Shown: positions 42,551 to 53,072 of the stretch, in pieces
Layout of the letters: every line of letters starts with the position of its first letter
How positions within the stretch are numbered: position 1 is the stretch's first letter
Assembly (NCBI GenBank): GCA_963666485.2
Contig: CAXXUO010000002.1
Coordinates: 544,001-608,000 of the forward strand
Direction of reading: 5' to 3'
DNA from: Syntrophorhabdaceae bacterium
Lineage (GTDB): Bacteria; Desulfobacterota; Syntrophorhabdia; Syntrophorhabdales; Syntrophorhabdaceae
Length of the DNA: 64,000 nt
The notes under the pieces: generated by a model
The model's input: only the letters and a program-made list of their open reading frames with translations
Told to the model about the DNA's origin: nothing
Database searches by the model: none
Position numbers and translations under genes: made by a program

Positions 42551-43767
42551 CCGTATAACGCCGCCACCGGCTCGTACTTCGTCCCTTCCATCGCCGGATA
42601 GATGCCGGCGATGACGCCGATGATCATGCTGATGAAAAGGGCGAGGGGTGTATTCATCGATACGACTATCGGGAACCCCCCGACGAGGTCGACGACGACG
42701 GTGATGATGAATCCGGCAATTATCCCGCCAACGCCGCCGACGAGGGCCACGATGACGGATTCCGAGAGAAACTGGATTATGATGTCCCGCTTCCTTGACC
42801 CGACAACCCTCCGGATGCCGATCTCCATTTTTCTTTCTGATATCGACAGGAGCATGATGGCGAATATTCCCAGTCCCCCGATGAGAAAAGAGACTGTCGA
42901 GGCGATGACCGTCAGGACCGATACCAGCCGTATGCCCTCTTCCTGCGTCCGCAGGATGTCCTCCATCGTGAATATGGTGAAATCGTCCTTCTGCTCGGGC
43001 CTCGTGTTATGGATCTTCCGTATAAACCCCCGCAATGTACCTTTCATGTTGGCCAATGAAAAACCGTCCTGGACCTGGACGTAGATCCCCTTTATGTAAT
43101 CAACGTTGGAGTAGCGCCGCATGAATGCGTTGAGCGGGACATACACCTGCAGGTCCTGGTCCTGGCCGGCGAAATCCGTCCCTTTTTCCTGCATGACGCC
43201 GGTAACTTCAGTTGGCACGCGGAATATCAATACGTTCTTTCCTATCGGGTCTTCCGACAGGAAGAAGTTCTCATAAACCTTGTAGCCGATCACCGCCTTC
43301 TTTTCAGCCTTTTCATCCTCGGCCACCGTAAAGAACCTGCCGGCGGCGAGGTCAACGTTCCTGATGTCAAAGATCTTGTTCGATACGCCGGTAACGGTCA
43401 CGTTAAGCGAATAGTCCTTGTAGCGGGCAGGATAGCTGACATCGAAATACGGGACGACCTCGGAAATGCCGGGGACCGATTCCCGTATCGCCTGGACGTC
43501 TTTCAGCTTCAGTGTTCTCGATTCGGAGAATTGCCGGGCGCTCCGTCCCGCCGTGAATACGACCCCTGCCCGTACGATGAGGAGGTTCTTCCCGAATTTA
43601 CCTATCTCCAATTCTATTTTTTTCTTCATCCCGTTGCTGATATTCCCGAATGCCACGAGGCTCATGACCGCGAACATGATACCGAGAAGGGCAAGGGTCA
43701 TCCTCGCCTTGTGGACGACGAGGTTTTGCAGGGCTATTTTCAGGTAGAACGATACCTTGTTGATCAT
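42547..43767 (-). CDS. MacB-like ABC transporter permease
   Basis: GGLGIFAIML.SISER..EIGIRR.VG and QFLSES motifs. Confidence 0.9.
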   Translation of the reverse strand: MINKVSFYLKIALQNLVVHKARMTLALLGIMFAVMSLVAFGNISNGMKKKIELEIGKFGKNLLIVRAGVVFTAGRSARQFSESRTLKLKDVQAIRESVPGISEVVPYFDVSYPARYKDYSLNVTVTGVSNKIFDIRNVDLAAGRFFTVAEDEKAEKKAVIGYKVYENFFLSEDPIGKNVLIFRVPTEVTGVMQEKGTDFAGQDQDLQVYVPLNAFMRRYSNVDYIKGIYVQVQDGFSLANMKGTLRGFIRKIHNTRPEQKDDFTIFTMEDILRTQEEGIRLVSVLTVIASTVSFLIGGLGIFAIMLLSISERKMEIGIRRVVGSRKRDIIIQFLSESVIVALVGGVGGIIAGFIITVVVDLVGGFPIVVSMNTPLALFISMIIGVIAGIYPAMEGTKYEPVAALYG

Positions 43768-44987
43768 CCGCGGATGGCCTCGATAGGCTCGATCCGGCTC
43801 GCCGTGAGCGCCGGCTTCAACCCGGAGAACAGACCCGTCAGGAAACTGAAAAGCAGGGCAAAGAAGACGACCTTCATCGAGAACATCATCGGGATGTCGA
43901 AAAGCTTTTCAAACGTGCCCCCGAGGATGACGCTGAGTATGATCCCCGCGATCCCGCCGATCAGGGTTATCATGATCGACTCAAAGAGGAACGACAGGAG
44001 GATGCCTTTCCTTGTCGCGCCGTACGCCCTCCTGATGCCGATGTCCTTCTTGCGCTCCTGGATAGTGATATAGAATAGATTTGCAAGGACGAACCCGCTG
44101 ACGACGAGGGCGACAATGGCGGCCGTGCCGAGGAACAGAAGGAGCGAACCGGATATCACCGTGACAAACGCCAGGATATCCTTCGAGCTGCGCATCGTGA
44201 AATCATCGTCGAGGTTCCCTTTCAGGCCGTGGCTTTCCCGCAAGGTCGCCCGAATATCCTCCATCGTCCTGTCGATGTCCCTGTTCGTTTTCAGGCGGAC
44301 GGCGCTGAGGTACCGTTTCTCGTTCACGATCCGGGCGGTAACGGTCGTGAGCGGCATGATGATCCTGTCATCGATGTTGGGCCCCCCGGTCGAGCCGCCT
44401 TTTTCCTCAAGAACACCGATAACGCGCGTGGGGAGTTTTCCGACAACGATGGTCTTTGCCAGCGGGTCTTCCCCCCGGAACAGTTCCTCGTAAACCTTGG
44501 CGCCTATAACGCAAACCGCCTCGGCCCTGTCGTAATCTTCCGATGTGAACGGTGTACCCGACTGGAATTTCCAGACAAGCGAGCCGAAATAGTTCGTCGG
44601 CGCCCCGACCACCTGCGTCTGCCAGTTCCGGTCTTTGAACCGCATGATCACGTTGCGTGCCGAATATGTCTGCACGAGATCGTAGATGCCCTCAACGCGG
44701 CTTAAGAGTTCCGCATCCTCAACCTTGAGCGTACTTACGCGCAGCCGCGCTGCCCGCTGCCTTTCCCCGCCCCCGAAAACCATGATCGAGTCCGGGCCCA
44801 GCGCCTCGAATATCTCCTGCGCTTTCTTGTTCGCCCCGTCGATCGTGGTCACGATGATGCAGATGGAAAGGATCCCGAGGGCCACCCCCGAGAAAGAGAA
44901 GATGACCCGCCCCCGGTAATAATAGAGGATCTTCAGGACTTCCTCTATGAACTCCCTAAGTTGCGATATCTTCTGAGATAGCGCCAT
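43764..44987 (-). CDS. MacB-like ABC transporter permease
   Basis: ER.KDIGIRRAYGA and FLFES motifs; terminal PIEAIR. Confidence 0.9.
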   Translation of the reverse strand: MALSQKISQLREFIEEVLKILYYYRGRVIFSFSGVALGILSICIIVTTIDGANKKAQEIFEALGPDSIMVFGGGERQRAARLRVSTLKVEDAELLSRVEGIYDLVQTYSARNVIMRFKDRNWQTQVVGAPTNYFGSLVWKFQSGTPFTSEDYDRAEAVCVIGAKVYEELFRGEDPLAKTIVVGKLPTRVIGVLEEKGGSTGGPNIDDRIIMPLTTVTARIVNEKRYLSAVRLKTNRDIDRTMEDIRATLRESHGLKGNLDDDFTMRSSKDILAFVTVISGSLLLFLGTAAIVALVVSGFVLANLFYITIQERKKDIGIRRAYGATRKGILLSFLFESIMITLIGGIAGIILSVILGGTFEKLFDIPMMFSMKVVFFALLFSFLTGLFSGLKPALTASRIEPIEAIRG

Positions 44988-45630
44988 CTTCTATCCTGAC
45001 CAGGCGTTTTCCGTAAGCGGCGAGCTTGGGGTCGTGGGTAACGACAATTATGGTCTTCCCCTCGTCGTTGAGCATTTTGAAAAGGTCCATGATCTCGCTC
45101 CCCGTTTTTGAATCGAGGGCCCCCGTCGGCTCGTCGGCCAGTATGAGCTCGGGATCGTTCACGAGCGCCCGCGCTATCGCCACGCGCTGCTGCTCGCCGC
45201 CGGAGAGCTGGGAGGGCTTGTTGTGTACCCTGTGTTCGAGCCCGAACTTGGCGAGAAGCGTCTTCGCCTTCTCCCGGGGATGTCTGATGTCCTTCTTCGA
45301 ATAAACGATCGGTATCAGGACATTCTCTATGGCATCGAGATAGGGAAGGAGAAAGAATTGCTGGAAAACAAAGCCGATGTACCTGTTCCTCATGTCGGCG
45401 AGGTTCTCGTCGTCGAGCGCGTTCACATCGGTGCTCGCGAAGACGTAATCGCCGTCCGTCTGCTTGTCGAGAAGGCCGACGATGTTCATGAGCGTCGTCT
45501 TGCCCGAACCGGAGACGCCCATGAGGACCACGAACTCCCCCCGGGATATTGTCAGGTCGATGCCTTTGAGGATGGACAACTCCCTGTCGCCGACAAAATA
45601 GCTCTTCTTTATGTTCTTGAGATCGATCAT
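44956..45630 (-). CDS. ABC transporter ATP-binding protein (MacB/LolD type)
   Basis: [23 protein letters not shown] and VTHD motifs. Confidence 0.95.
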   Translation of the reverse strand: MIDLKNIKKSYFVGDRELSILKGIDLTISRGEFVVLMGVSGSGKTTLMNIVGLLDKQTDGDYVFASTDVNALDDENLADMRNRYIGFVFQQFFLLPYLDAIENVLIPIVYSKKDIRHPREKAKTLLAKFGLEHRVHNKPSQLSGGEQQRVAIARALVNDPELILADEPTGALDSKTGSEIMDLFKMLNDEGKTIIVVTHDPKLAAYGKRLVRIEDGAISEDIAT

Positions 45631-46760
45631 TTCCGGGGCGGCGCACTGCCCGTCGGCTTTTTTGCGGCCGGTGCGACGGCGGGCACAATGATCTCCTGGC
45701 CTTCGGAGAGCCCCGATGCTATCTCGGTGAACCTCTGGTCCCTGACGCCGGGGATGACCTCCTGCCGGACCACTTTTCCCCGGGATTTGACATAAACCAC
45801 GTTCTTGCGGTCCTCGAAACGCACGGCTCCATTCGGGACGACAATGACGTTGGATTTTTGCTCGATTATGATCTTTACATGGCTCGTCATTTCCGGCTTC
45901 AGGGTCAGGGCGTCCGTCGGGTCTATTTTCACGATGGCAAGGTAGTATACGATATTTTCCTTGAGCTCCGGCTGGGGGTAAATGCGGTCGATAACGCCTT
46001 TGTATATCTTGTCTCTGTACGCATCGACCCAGTATTCGATCTTGAGCCCGGGCTTGACCCGCCCGATGTCGGTCTCATCGACGTATATCCACATCTCGAG
46101 CTTGGTGGGGTCGATTATGGTTATCAGGTTGGGGGCGGACAGGCCCGAGACGACGGTCTCACCCTCCTGCGTCGCAACGGATGAGATGTACCCGGATATC
46201 GGGGCATAGATCTTCGTGTAGCTGTGGCTCACCTTGAGGGCTTTCCATCTCTCCTGGGCTTCTCTTACCTTTGCCTTGCCGAGATCTACCTGCGCACGTG
46301 AAACATCAAGTTCGCGTTTCGCCTTCTCGACATTGTCCCGGGTCGTATATTCTTTCGCCAAAAGGCGCTGCTCCCTCTCGTAGTTTGTCTGGTTGTAGAC
46401 GTCCTGGGCCTTTTTTGCGTCGAGGTCCCTGCGCTGTTCCTCGACCACCGCCTCGGCGTTGCGGAGGTTTGCCAGGATCTCGCGATCGTCTATCTCGACA
46501 ATGAGGTCCCCTTTCTTCACAAAATCGCCGATCTGGAACTTGAGCCTGTTGAGGAGGCCGGTTGCACGGGTGCCTACTTTAACGATGGCGCCCACCTGGG
46601 CCTTGATGATCCCCGTCTGTTCCGTCGAGTAGGTCACGTTGGCCCGTTTCACCGTGAATAATTCGCCTGCCTTCTGCCTGTCCCCTTTCCGGGCCACGAA
46701 GAAGATTATGAGCACGACAATGCAGAGTCCGACGACGGCGTATATGAGCTTCCGTTTCAT
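45627..46760 (-). CDS. Efflux periplasmic adaptor (MacA-like)
   Basis: N-terminal TM, GDFVKKGD lipoyl half, coiled coil, IYAPISG, VDETDIG. Confidence 0.9.
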   Translation of the reverse strand: MKRKLIYAVVGLCIVVLIIFFVARKGDRQKAGELFTVKRANVTYSTEQTGIIKAQVGAIVKVGTRATGLLNRLKFQIGDFVKKGDLIVEIDDREILANLRNAEAVVEEQRRDLDAKKAQDVYNQTNYEREQRLLAKEYTTRDNVEKAKRELDVSRAQVDLGKAKVREAQERWKALKVSHSYTKIYAPISGYISSVATQEGETVVSGLSAPNLITIIDPTKLEMWIYVDETDIGRVKPGLKIEYWVDAYRDKIYKGVIDRIYPQPELKENIVYYLAIVKIDPTDALTLKPEMTSHVKIIIEQKSNVIVVPNGAVRFEDRKNVVYVKSRGKVVRQEVIPGVRDQRFTEIASGLSEGQEIIVPAVAPAAKKPTGSAPPRK

Positions 46761-48058
46761 TCGATATAAGCCGCCCTTTGCAGATATGACAACGATACGC
46801 GGGACCGCGCAAGGGCGCCGACATAGTTTTCGTTTGCAGCCGCTAAGTCCTTTTCACTCTGGAGCAGGTTGAGGATATCGCCCTTGCCCTCGAGGAACTC
46901 ACCGTAAAGCTGGTTGAAATTTGACGTCGCCTCGCGGACAAGCTGGGAATACATCGAAACATCGTCTATGCTCAACTCATAATCTTTCAGGCCCCGTGCG
47001 ATGTCGAGACTCGTTGTCCTTTTCGTTTCTGCCAGCCGCTGCCGGGCCGCGTTCACGCCGCTCATCGCACCCTGCATGTTGTAATACCGTCCGACACCAT
47101 CGAACAGCGGAAAGGTAAAGCTGAGGATGAAGGCATCACTCCTGCCTTCCGGGAAGAAGGTCTTGTCCTGCCGCGTTTGCTGGAGAGAGCTGTCGATCTT
47201 GGGGTACCAGGCGGCCTTGGTCTGGTCGTAGACGCTCATCAGTCTTTCAACTTCCTTCTGCTGGGCAACGATCTCCGGTTTCACCTCAAGTGCCCTGGCG
47301 TTCAAGGTGTTGTAATCCACGCGGTATGACGGCGCGGTGAGCGGGCCTTCCACGTCGAAGGGGTCCTTGCTTTCGACTATGATCAAAGACCGTACCGTCT
47401 CCAGGGATTTCTCATATTCCTTGACAGCCTTCTGGAGATCTATCTTGGCATTAAGGAGCCTGACCTCGGCCTGGAGCAGATCACTCTTCTTTGCGACCCC
47501 TTCTTCGTACCGTCCGCGGGTGAGATTGTATATTTTCTGGGCGGCCGCGACCGCCTCCTGTCTCTTGCCGACTACCCCCTTTGCTCCCAGGGCAACATAG
47601 AAGGCAGTCTTAATATTATAGAGGACGTCTTCGCGGACGCTCTTGAATTTTTCTTTCTCGCGCTCCCAGGCAGAATACGCACCCCGCCTTTTTGCAAACC
47701 GCTCTCCCCCATCGAATACTCTCCAGGAGATTGTGCCCGTAAAAGTGTATGTGTCCCGCGAATCGGTCGTATCGCTCAGGTCGCCCGTATACGTGCTTAT
47801 CGGCGTCCGGGGTGATATGATCCGTATATACGAAGAATAGACGTCGAACTTCGGCAGAAAAGGATCGATAGAGGAAATATAAGAGAAACGGGATATCTTG
47901 ACGAATTCCGCCTGTTCCTTGACGACGTAAGATTCGCCGAGAGCGCTCTTTATAGCCTCGTCCAGTGTGACAGGAAAGGCAGGGCCCTGCAACCCGAAAA
48001 ATGTGAAGAGAAGCGCTCCGAACAGAAAGAAGGCTTTAGATAAAAACGTTTTCGCCAT
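46757..48058 (-). CDS. TolC-family outer membrane efflux protein
   Basis: Signal peptide, TLDEAI..AL, two repeats with YEEG...DLLQA and FPLFDG motifs. Confidence 0.88.
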   Translation of the reverse strand: MAKTFLSKAFFLFGALLFTFFGLQGPAFPVTLDEAIKSALGESYVVKEQAEFVKISRFSYISSIDPFLPKFDVYSSYIRIISPRTPISTYTGDLSDTTDSRDTYTFTGTISWRVFDGGERFAKRRGAYSAWEREKEKFKSVREDVLYNIKTAFYVALGAKGVVGKRQEAVAAAQKIYNLTRGRYEEGVAKKSDLLQAEVRLLNAKIDLQKAVKEYEKSLETVRSLIIVESKDPFDVEGPLTAPSYRVDYNTLNARALEVKPEIVAQQKEVERLMSVYDQTKAAWYPKIDSSLQQTRQDKTFFPEGRSDAFILSFTFPLFDGVGRYYNMQGAMSGVNAARQRLAETKRTTSLDIARGLKDYELSIDDVSMYSQLVREATSNFNQLYGEFLEGKGDILNLLQSEKDLAAANENYVGALARSRVSLSYLQRAAYIE

Positions 48059-48193
48059 GTCTACCAGGAATCCGGTTCTATTTAGTAAATCCCGTCTATT
48101 GTAGCATAACCACTATAACGCCACAATTATAAAGACGCGGTCCCCCGGCCGGGACACGATCTAAAGGCGCTGACCGGCGGGAATATTAACGAT

Positions 48194-48637
48194 CTAGAAA
48201 TCCTGAATACCAGGGGGACATTGCGCCGGGTAGGCTATGGTCCTCGCCAGCACTTCATACACGATGACGCACGATGTGTCCCTGCCGTCCGAGTGGTTCG
48301 ACTTCAGGAAACGGGCGGTCTTGAGCTGGTCTTTCCCGTCATATTCAACAAGTGCGTCGTACCGGACCCAGGCGAACGTGCTTTTGGAGGATATCTTGAA
48401 AAAGACCTGGCGATGCGCCGGGTCCTTCTTTGACGGGGATTTATCGTTCAGCCTGAAACCGTTGCCTGTAAGGGTAAGCGCTACATCGTTCCGGGTCATC
48501 CCCGCCGAGATGCCGGATGCCATCTTCACAACCCCTGCCTCATCCTTCGTGGTCTTTTTTTCGATCGCTTTAATATAGTAAAAGGTCGCTATAATGCCGA
48601 TCAGCACGACCAGGATCAATTTCACAGATTTTTTCAT
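48194..48637 (-). CDS. Hypothetical exported or membrane-anchored protein
   Basis: MKK plus hydrophobic N-terminus; no motif recognised. Confidence 0.55.
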   Translation of the reverse strand: MKKSVKLILVVLIGIIATFYYIKAIEKKTTKDEAGVVKMASGISAGMTRNDVALTLTGNGFRLNDKSPSKKDPAHRQVFFKISSKSTFAWVRYDALVEYDGKDQLKTARFLKSNHSDGRDTSCVIVYEVLARTIAYPAQCPPGIQDF

Positions 48638-48727
48638 GGTGCGCGTATCCAATGAAGTCACCCCACCCCTCTTTGCGCTTCGCTATCCGCCATATGGGCC
48701 GCGAAGCAGGTTGATTGTTCGGCGGTT

Positions 48728-49660
48728 TTATTTAACGGGAACGGCATACGGGGTCCCCGATGGAGGAATAATCCTCAACGAAACGGGCCTTGGCTCTGTT
48801 TGTTCCCGCCACAAGATAGCCGTCCCGCAATCAATGCCCTTCGTCAGCGTAAACGCGGCAATTACCTCTCCCTTTTTTCCGAGGGCCTCGATCCTGTTGC
48901 GGTCCTGTTTCGGAACATAGACCTGCGTCACGCCCGAGGACCAGTGGGCCAGGCTTTCATAGGTCTTGACATTGATGATAAGGAACATGGCAATATAGCA
49001 CCCGATCATCGCCATCCTTATGATACGGATCCGCAGTTTCTTATCTGCCGCCCCTATGGCCCAGAATGACAGTACCATGGCCCCTGAAAGGATCACCAGG
49101 TAGGAATAGAAGTAGCCGCCGGCCCAATCCTGGGCAAGGAAGAGGAATACGGGCAGGTGTATGGTATTGCAACCGAAGGGGATCACGCCGCTGCCGGCCG
49201 GCCCCCCTTCCAGGCCGACGGTAAATATTACACTGCAAGCGAGGACCGCAAAAAGTATGGAAAGCACCCAATGCCTCAGGAACCAGAACCGGTCGCGCAA
49301 GCCCTCCGGTGGCACGGGCGGTAGTTTATCGCGATAAATATCTGTTGGTGTTCCCTTCCGGTATGATCCTGTTACCTCGTAGCTCCACGTTTGCAGCAGC
49401 TTCCATGCCGGGTCTATGTTAACCAGTTCAACGCAATTACGCGGAACGTCGAACCGATAACCGGGTAATTGGGGATCGTAGTCCTGGCTCTCGGGACCAG
49501 ATCCGCGACCGTGATATACGGTTATCTTGTGGATCACACTGTCGTTGCACAGCACCAACGGCCGGGACCCGGAGGGAACCTGCCCGAGGAGAACGGCCGG
49601 AGACAGGGAGAAGACGGTTATGAATATAATAATATAGACGTTTCGGAAGGCAGTGTTCAT
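48728..49660 (-). CDS. Hypothetical membrane protein
   Basis: SD GGAGG before ATG 49660; signal-like N-terminus and about four TM segments. Confidence 0.55.
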   Translation of the reverse strand: MNTAFRNVYIIIFITVFSLSPAVLLGQVPSGSRPLVLCNDSVIHKITVYHGRGSGPESQDYDPQLPGYRFDVPRNCVELVNIDPAWKLLQTWSYEVTGSYRKGTPTDIYRDKLPPVPPEGLRDRFWFLRHWVLSILFAVLACSVIFTVGLEGGPAGSGVIPFGCNTIHLPVFLFLAQDWAGGYFYSYLVILSGAMVLSFWAIGAADKKLRIRIIRMAMIGCYIAMFLIINVKTYESLAHWSSGVTQVYVPKQDRNRIEALGKKGEVIAAFTLTKGIDCGTAILWREQTEPRPVSLRIIPPSGTPYAVPVK

Positions 49661-49763
49661 AGCGACCCTCCATGGGATCCTAATCATTCTGGATCAACCC
49701 TGAATCGTTGTCAAGCCAAAGGACCAAGACGGGTTCAGGGAAACACGATCCAGGCGGCAAGCC

Positions 49764-49790
49764 AAAAAAAAAGGCCTTGCTGAGCAAGGC
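49764..49790 (-). terminator. Intrinsic terminator downstream of tRNA-Phe
   Basis: GCCTTGC-TCA-GCAAGGC followed by C and T9 on the minus strand. Confidence 0.75.
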
Positions 49791-49836
49791 ATGAAGGAAT
49801 CATTCGCGTGTCGGATCAAACTTGGATAAAAAGAAA

Positions 49837-49909
49837 TGCCGAGGGACGGAATTGAACCGCCGACACGGGGATTTTCAGTCCCCTGCTCTACCGACTGAGC
49901 TACCTCGGC
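49837..49909 (-). tRNA. tRNA-Phe(GAA), CCA not encoded
   Basis: GCCGAGGTAGCTCAGTCGGTAGAGCAGGGGACTGAAAATCCCCGTGTCGGCGGTTCAATTCCGTCCCTCGGCA. Confidence 0.97.
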
Positions 49910-50040
49910 AACAGGTTTATTTAAAACATATGAGGTCATGGCCTGTCAACTGTTTCCTTGCGCGGCTTCTCGAAAACCTTTTGACAGCGCCCCGCTGCCT
50001 GTGTTACACAGATTCATCATCTGTTCAGCAGGATACATCT

Positions 50041-51252
50041 ATGAAACCATTCAGGGGCATACTTTACAACACGCAGAAAGCTGACGGCATCGCCGGCCTT
50101 GTGTGCCCGCCTTATGACGTGATCGAGAATACCGATCCGTATTATTCCCGGAGCCCCTTCAACGCGATACGCCTTGAACTGCCGCGCGACCTGCCTGATA
50201 TGGACAGGTACCAGAACGCCAGGAACACCATGGAGCACTGGCTTTCGCAGGGTGTCCTTCTGCCCGATGCGCATGAATCGGTCTATGTTTACGAGCAGGA
50301 GTTTGCTGTCGACAGCGGCACTTTTTGCAGGACCGGTTTCATCTCGCTCCAGAGGCTCGACAGAGACCGCATCCTCACCCATGAGCAGACACGGAAAAAG
50401 GCAAAAGCCGACCGCGAGCAGCTGATAGGAACGCTCAAGACATATACGAGCTTCATTTTCGGCCTGTATGACGACAGGGAAAAAGAGATCCATCAGGCCA
50501 TAGCCGGGGCTTCCCGCGAGAAGATCTACGACTTCATCGACGAACAGGACATCAAGACCGGGTTTTACCGGATCAGTGATAGCGGCTCGATCAGGGACCT
50601 TGTCAATCTCGTTGAAAAGAAGAACATCTACATTGCCGACGGGCATCACAGGCTCGATGTGTCGTACCGGCTGAATGTCACCCATGCCCCGTTTTACCTG
50701 ACCGACATGTACGACCGGGGGATCGTGATCTTCCCGTATCACAGGCTGGTCAAGTTTTCGCGGAAGCGTCCGCTTAACGAATTGATCGGAACGCTTGAGC
50801 CTTTTATGAAGATCGAACGAATACCCTTTGGCGGCAAGGATGCCCTGCCCTCCGTACTGGCTGCGGTAGCTGCTTCGGGGCCGCTCGCGTTCGCATTCTT
50901 TTCAACCGACGACCACGGCCATATCTACATGGCTTCGGAAAAGACCCGCCTGCCTCTGTACGACGATGCCGGGGTCCATGACAGCCTCAAGAAATTGAAG
51001 GTCAACGCTATCCACAGCGGCATCATCCGCGGCATAATGAAGATCGAGGACGATGAGATCTCCTTCACCGAGGACCATCAGTGGTCCGTGGAATGCGTGA
51101 TGAACGGGTCCGCAGATCTCGCCTTTTTCCTCCCTCCCACAACGGTCGACGAGGTCCGCGACATAGCCGAGAACGGGCTCGACATGCCGCCGAAGTCGAC
51201 GTTCTTCTATCCCAAGATCCTGACGGGGCTTGTTTTCTACAAGTATGCGTGA
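50041..51252 (+). CDS. DUF1015 family protein
   Basis: KPFRG, PPYDVI, HEQT, IADGHHR and MPPKSTFFYPK motifs. Confidence 0.88.
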   Translation: MKPFRGILYNTQKADGIAGLVCPPYDVIENTDPYYSRSPFNAIRLELPRDLPDMDRYQNARNTMEHWLSQGVLLPDAHESVYVYEQEFAVDSGTFCRTGFISLQRLDRDRILTHEQTRKKAKADREQLIGTLKTYTSFIFGLYDDREKEIHQAIAGASREKIYDFIDEQDIKTGFYRISDSGSIRDLVNLVEKKNIYIADGHHRLDVSYRLNVTHAPFYLTDMYDRGIVIFPYHRLVKFSRKRPLNELIGTLEPFMKIERIPFGGKDALPSVLAAVAASGPLAFAFFSTDDHGHIYMASEKTRLPLYDDAGVHDSLKKLKVNAIHSGIIRGIMKIEDDEISFTEDHQWSVECVMNGSADLAFFLPPTTVDEVRDIAENGLDMPPKSTFFYPKILTGLVFYKYA

Positions 51253-51985
51253 GATCGTCGGAAAAGACGAAACGCTTGATATTCTGTGCAATGAGAAACT
51301 CCGGATAATCCAGAAAAAACGCGGGTACCGTTTCTCCATCGACGCCATCCTCCTCGCGTCGTTTGTAAGGCTCCGAAAGCATGAAAGGTTGTTGGATATA
51401 GGTTCGGGTTGTGGTATCATACCTATCTATATCGCGAGAAGGGGATGCACGAACGATATGACGGGTGTCGAACTCCAGAAAGACCTTTGCGACGCCGCAG
51501 AAAAGAACAGGGCATTGAACCGGTGTGGGGACCATGTCCGGTTTATCAACGGTGATATCAGGTCCCTCGTCAAGGACATGAAGGCACATCCCTTTCAGGT
51601 CGTCGTTTCCAATCCGCCATACACAAGGCGGCGAAGCGGGCGGACATGCCCCGACGAGTCACGTTACCTGGCGCGCTACGAAGATAAGCTCGATATCGAT
51701 GAACTGACATCGGCGGCGTCTTCCCTGCTTTCCACGAAAGGGCGTTTCTATGTCATATATCCGGCCCATCGCCTGGAGGAGATTATTCGCGCGGCACGGG
51801 AAAAACAGTTGGTCTTGAAAAAGCTGCGCATCGTCTATCCCAGGCAGAACGAGAAGGCAAATCTCGTTCTCGCAGAATTCCTCAAAGGTGCCGGGACGGG
51901 AGTGACCATAGAAGAGCCTCTTTATGTTTACAACGGGACTGAAATTTCAGACGAAGTCAAAAAATACTATTCATTCGAGGATTGA
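51245..51985 (+). CDS. tRNA1(Val) A37 N6-methyltransferase family (TrmN6/YfiC)
   Basis: GYRFSIDAILL, LDIGSGCG and SNPPY motifs. Confidence 0.85.
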   Translation: MREIVGKDETLDILCNEKLRIIQKKRGYRFSIDAILLASFVRLRKHERLLDIGSGCGIIPIYIARRGCTNDMTGVELQKDLCDAAEKNRALNRCGDHVRFINGDIRSLVKDMKAHPFQVVVSNPPYTRRRSGRTCPDESRYLARYEDKLDIDELTSAASSLLSTKGRFYVIYPAHRLEEIIRAAREKQLVLKKLRIVYPRQNEKANLVLAEFLKGAGTGVTIEEPLYVYNGTEISDEVKKYYSFED

Positions 51986-51987
51986 TT

Positions 51988-52956
51988 ATGTCCGGATTCA
52001 CGAAGATCATTCAGAAGGACCTTGACAAGCTCGAGTCGTCTATCGACGACCTGCTGAGCACGCGCGTCAATTACATTAAAGAGATCGTCACGTACATCAT
52101 CAAATCAGGCGGCAAAAGGGTGCGCCCCGTCCTCGTCATGCTCTGTTCCAAGCTGTGCGGGTACCGCGGAAAAAAACACATCCCCTATGCCGCGATCATA
52201 GAGTTCATTCACACCGCGACGCTTCTCCATGACGATGTCGTCGACAACGCGAAGACGCGCCGGGGCCTTTCGACGGTCAATACCGTCTGGGGGAACGAAC
52301 CGAGCGTGCTCGTGGGCGATTTCCTCTATTCGCGCTCCTTTGAGCTGATGTCCCGCGACGGGAACACCGAGATACTCAAAACGATATCCCAGGTGACCAC
52401 GGCGCTGTCCGAAGGGGAGATCCTCGAAATAGTCAAGACCGCGGACGTCGAGACGTCGGAGAAGGATTACTACGAGATCATCGGGAACAAGACGGCCGTC
52501 CTTTTCGGCGCTGCCTGCGAGATCGGCGCCATTCTTGGCAACAGGGCCCCCGTTGAAAGAAAGTCGCTGAGAAATTTCGGGTACAACCTCGGCATCGCCT
52601 TTCAGCTCATGGACGACGTGCTCGATTACACGTCGATCAACGACGTGCTGGGAAAACGCGTCGGCACAGACCTCAAGGAAGGAAAGGTCACCCTGCCCCT
52701 TATTCACGTCCTGAAAAACTCCCGTGAGAAGGACAAAGCTTACATAGAATCCGTCTTTGCAAAACAGCGGATCACGCAGGGCGATTTCGATCGCGTCAGG
52801 AAAATAATCGAGAAGAACGGCGGCATCGCATACACAATGGATGCAACGAGGAAGCACCTCGACAAAGCGAAGAAGCACCTGGACATATTCCCGGCATCAC
52901 AATATAAGACCGCGCTGCTGGAACTGGCGGACTATATGCTGAACCGGGAGATGTAG
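51988..52956 (+). CDS. ispB: Polyprenyl (octaprenyl-type) diphosphate synthase
   Basis: GGKRVRP, LLHDDVVD...RRG, KTA and FQLMDDVLD motifs. Confidence 0.88.
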   Translation: MSGFTKIIQKDLDKLESSIDDLLSTRVNYIKEIVTYIIKSGGKRVRPVLVMLCSKLCGYRGKKHIPYAAIIEFIHTATLLHDDVVDNAKTRRGLSTVNTVWGNEPSVLVGDFLYSRSFELMSRDGNTEILKTISQVTTALSEGEILEIVKTADVETSEKDYYEIIGNKTAVLFGAACEIGAILGNRAPVERKSLRNFGYNLGIAFQLMDDVLDYTSINDVLGKRVGTDLKEGKVTLPLIHVLKNSREKDKAYIESVFAKQRITQGDFDRVRKIIEKNGGIAYTMDATRKHLDKAKKHLDIFPASQYKTALLELADYMLNREM

Positions 52957-52957
52957 G

Positions 52958-53072
52958 CAAAAGATGGTTCAAGGTTCAAGGTTCAAAGACAAAAAAAGAA
53001 CCGGGATAATGCAAAACGCTTTCGCAGTTTAGGGGATCTTTTAACCTTGAACCTTGAACCTTGAACCGTTTT
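52958..53072. repeat. Inverted heptamer arrays between convergent genes
   Basis: (GGTTCAA)x3 at 52966-52986 and (TTGAACC)x3 at 53047-53067. Confidence 0.85.

Noticed and set aside
49822..50040. N-terminal extension of the DUF1015 ORF
   Set aside because: It runs antisense through tRNA-Phe and across a TTGACA promoter; the family motif starts at ATG 50041.
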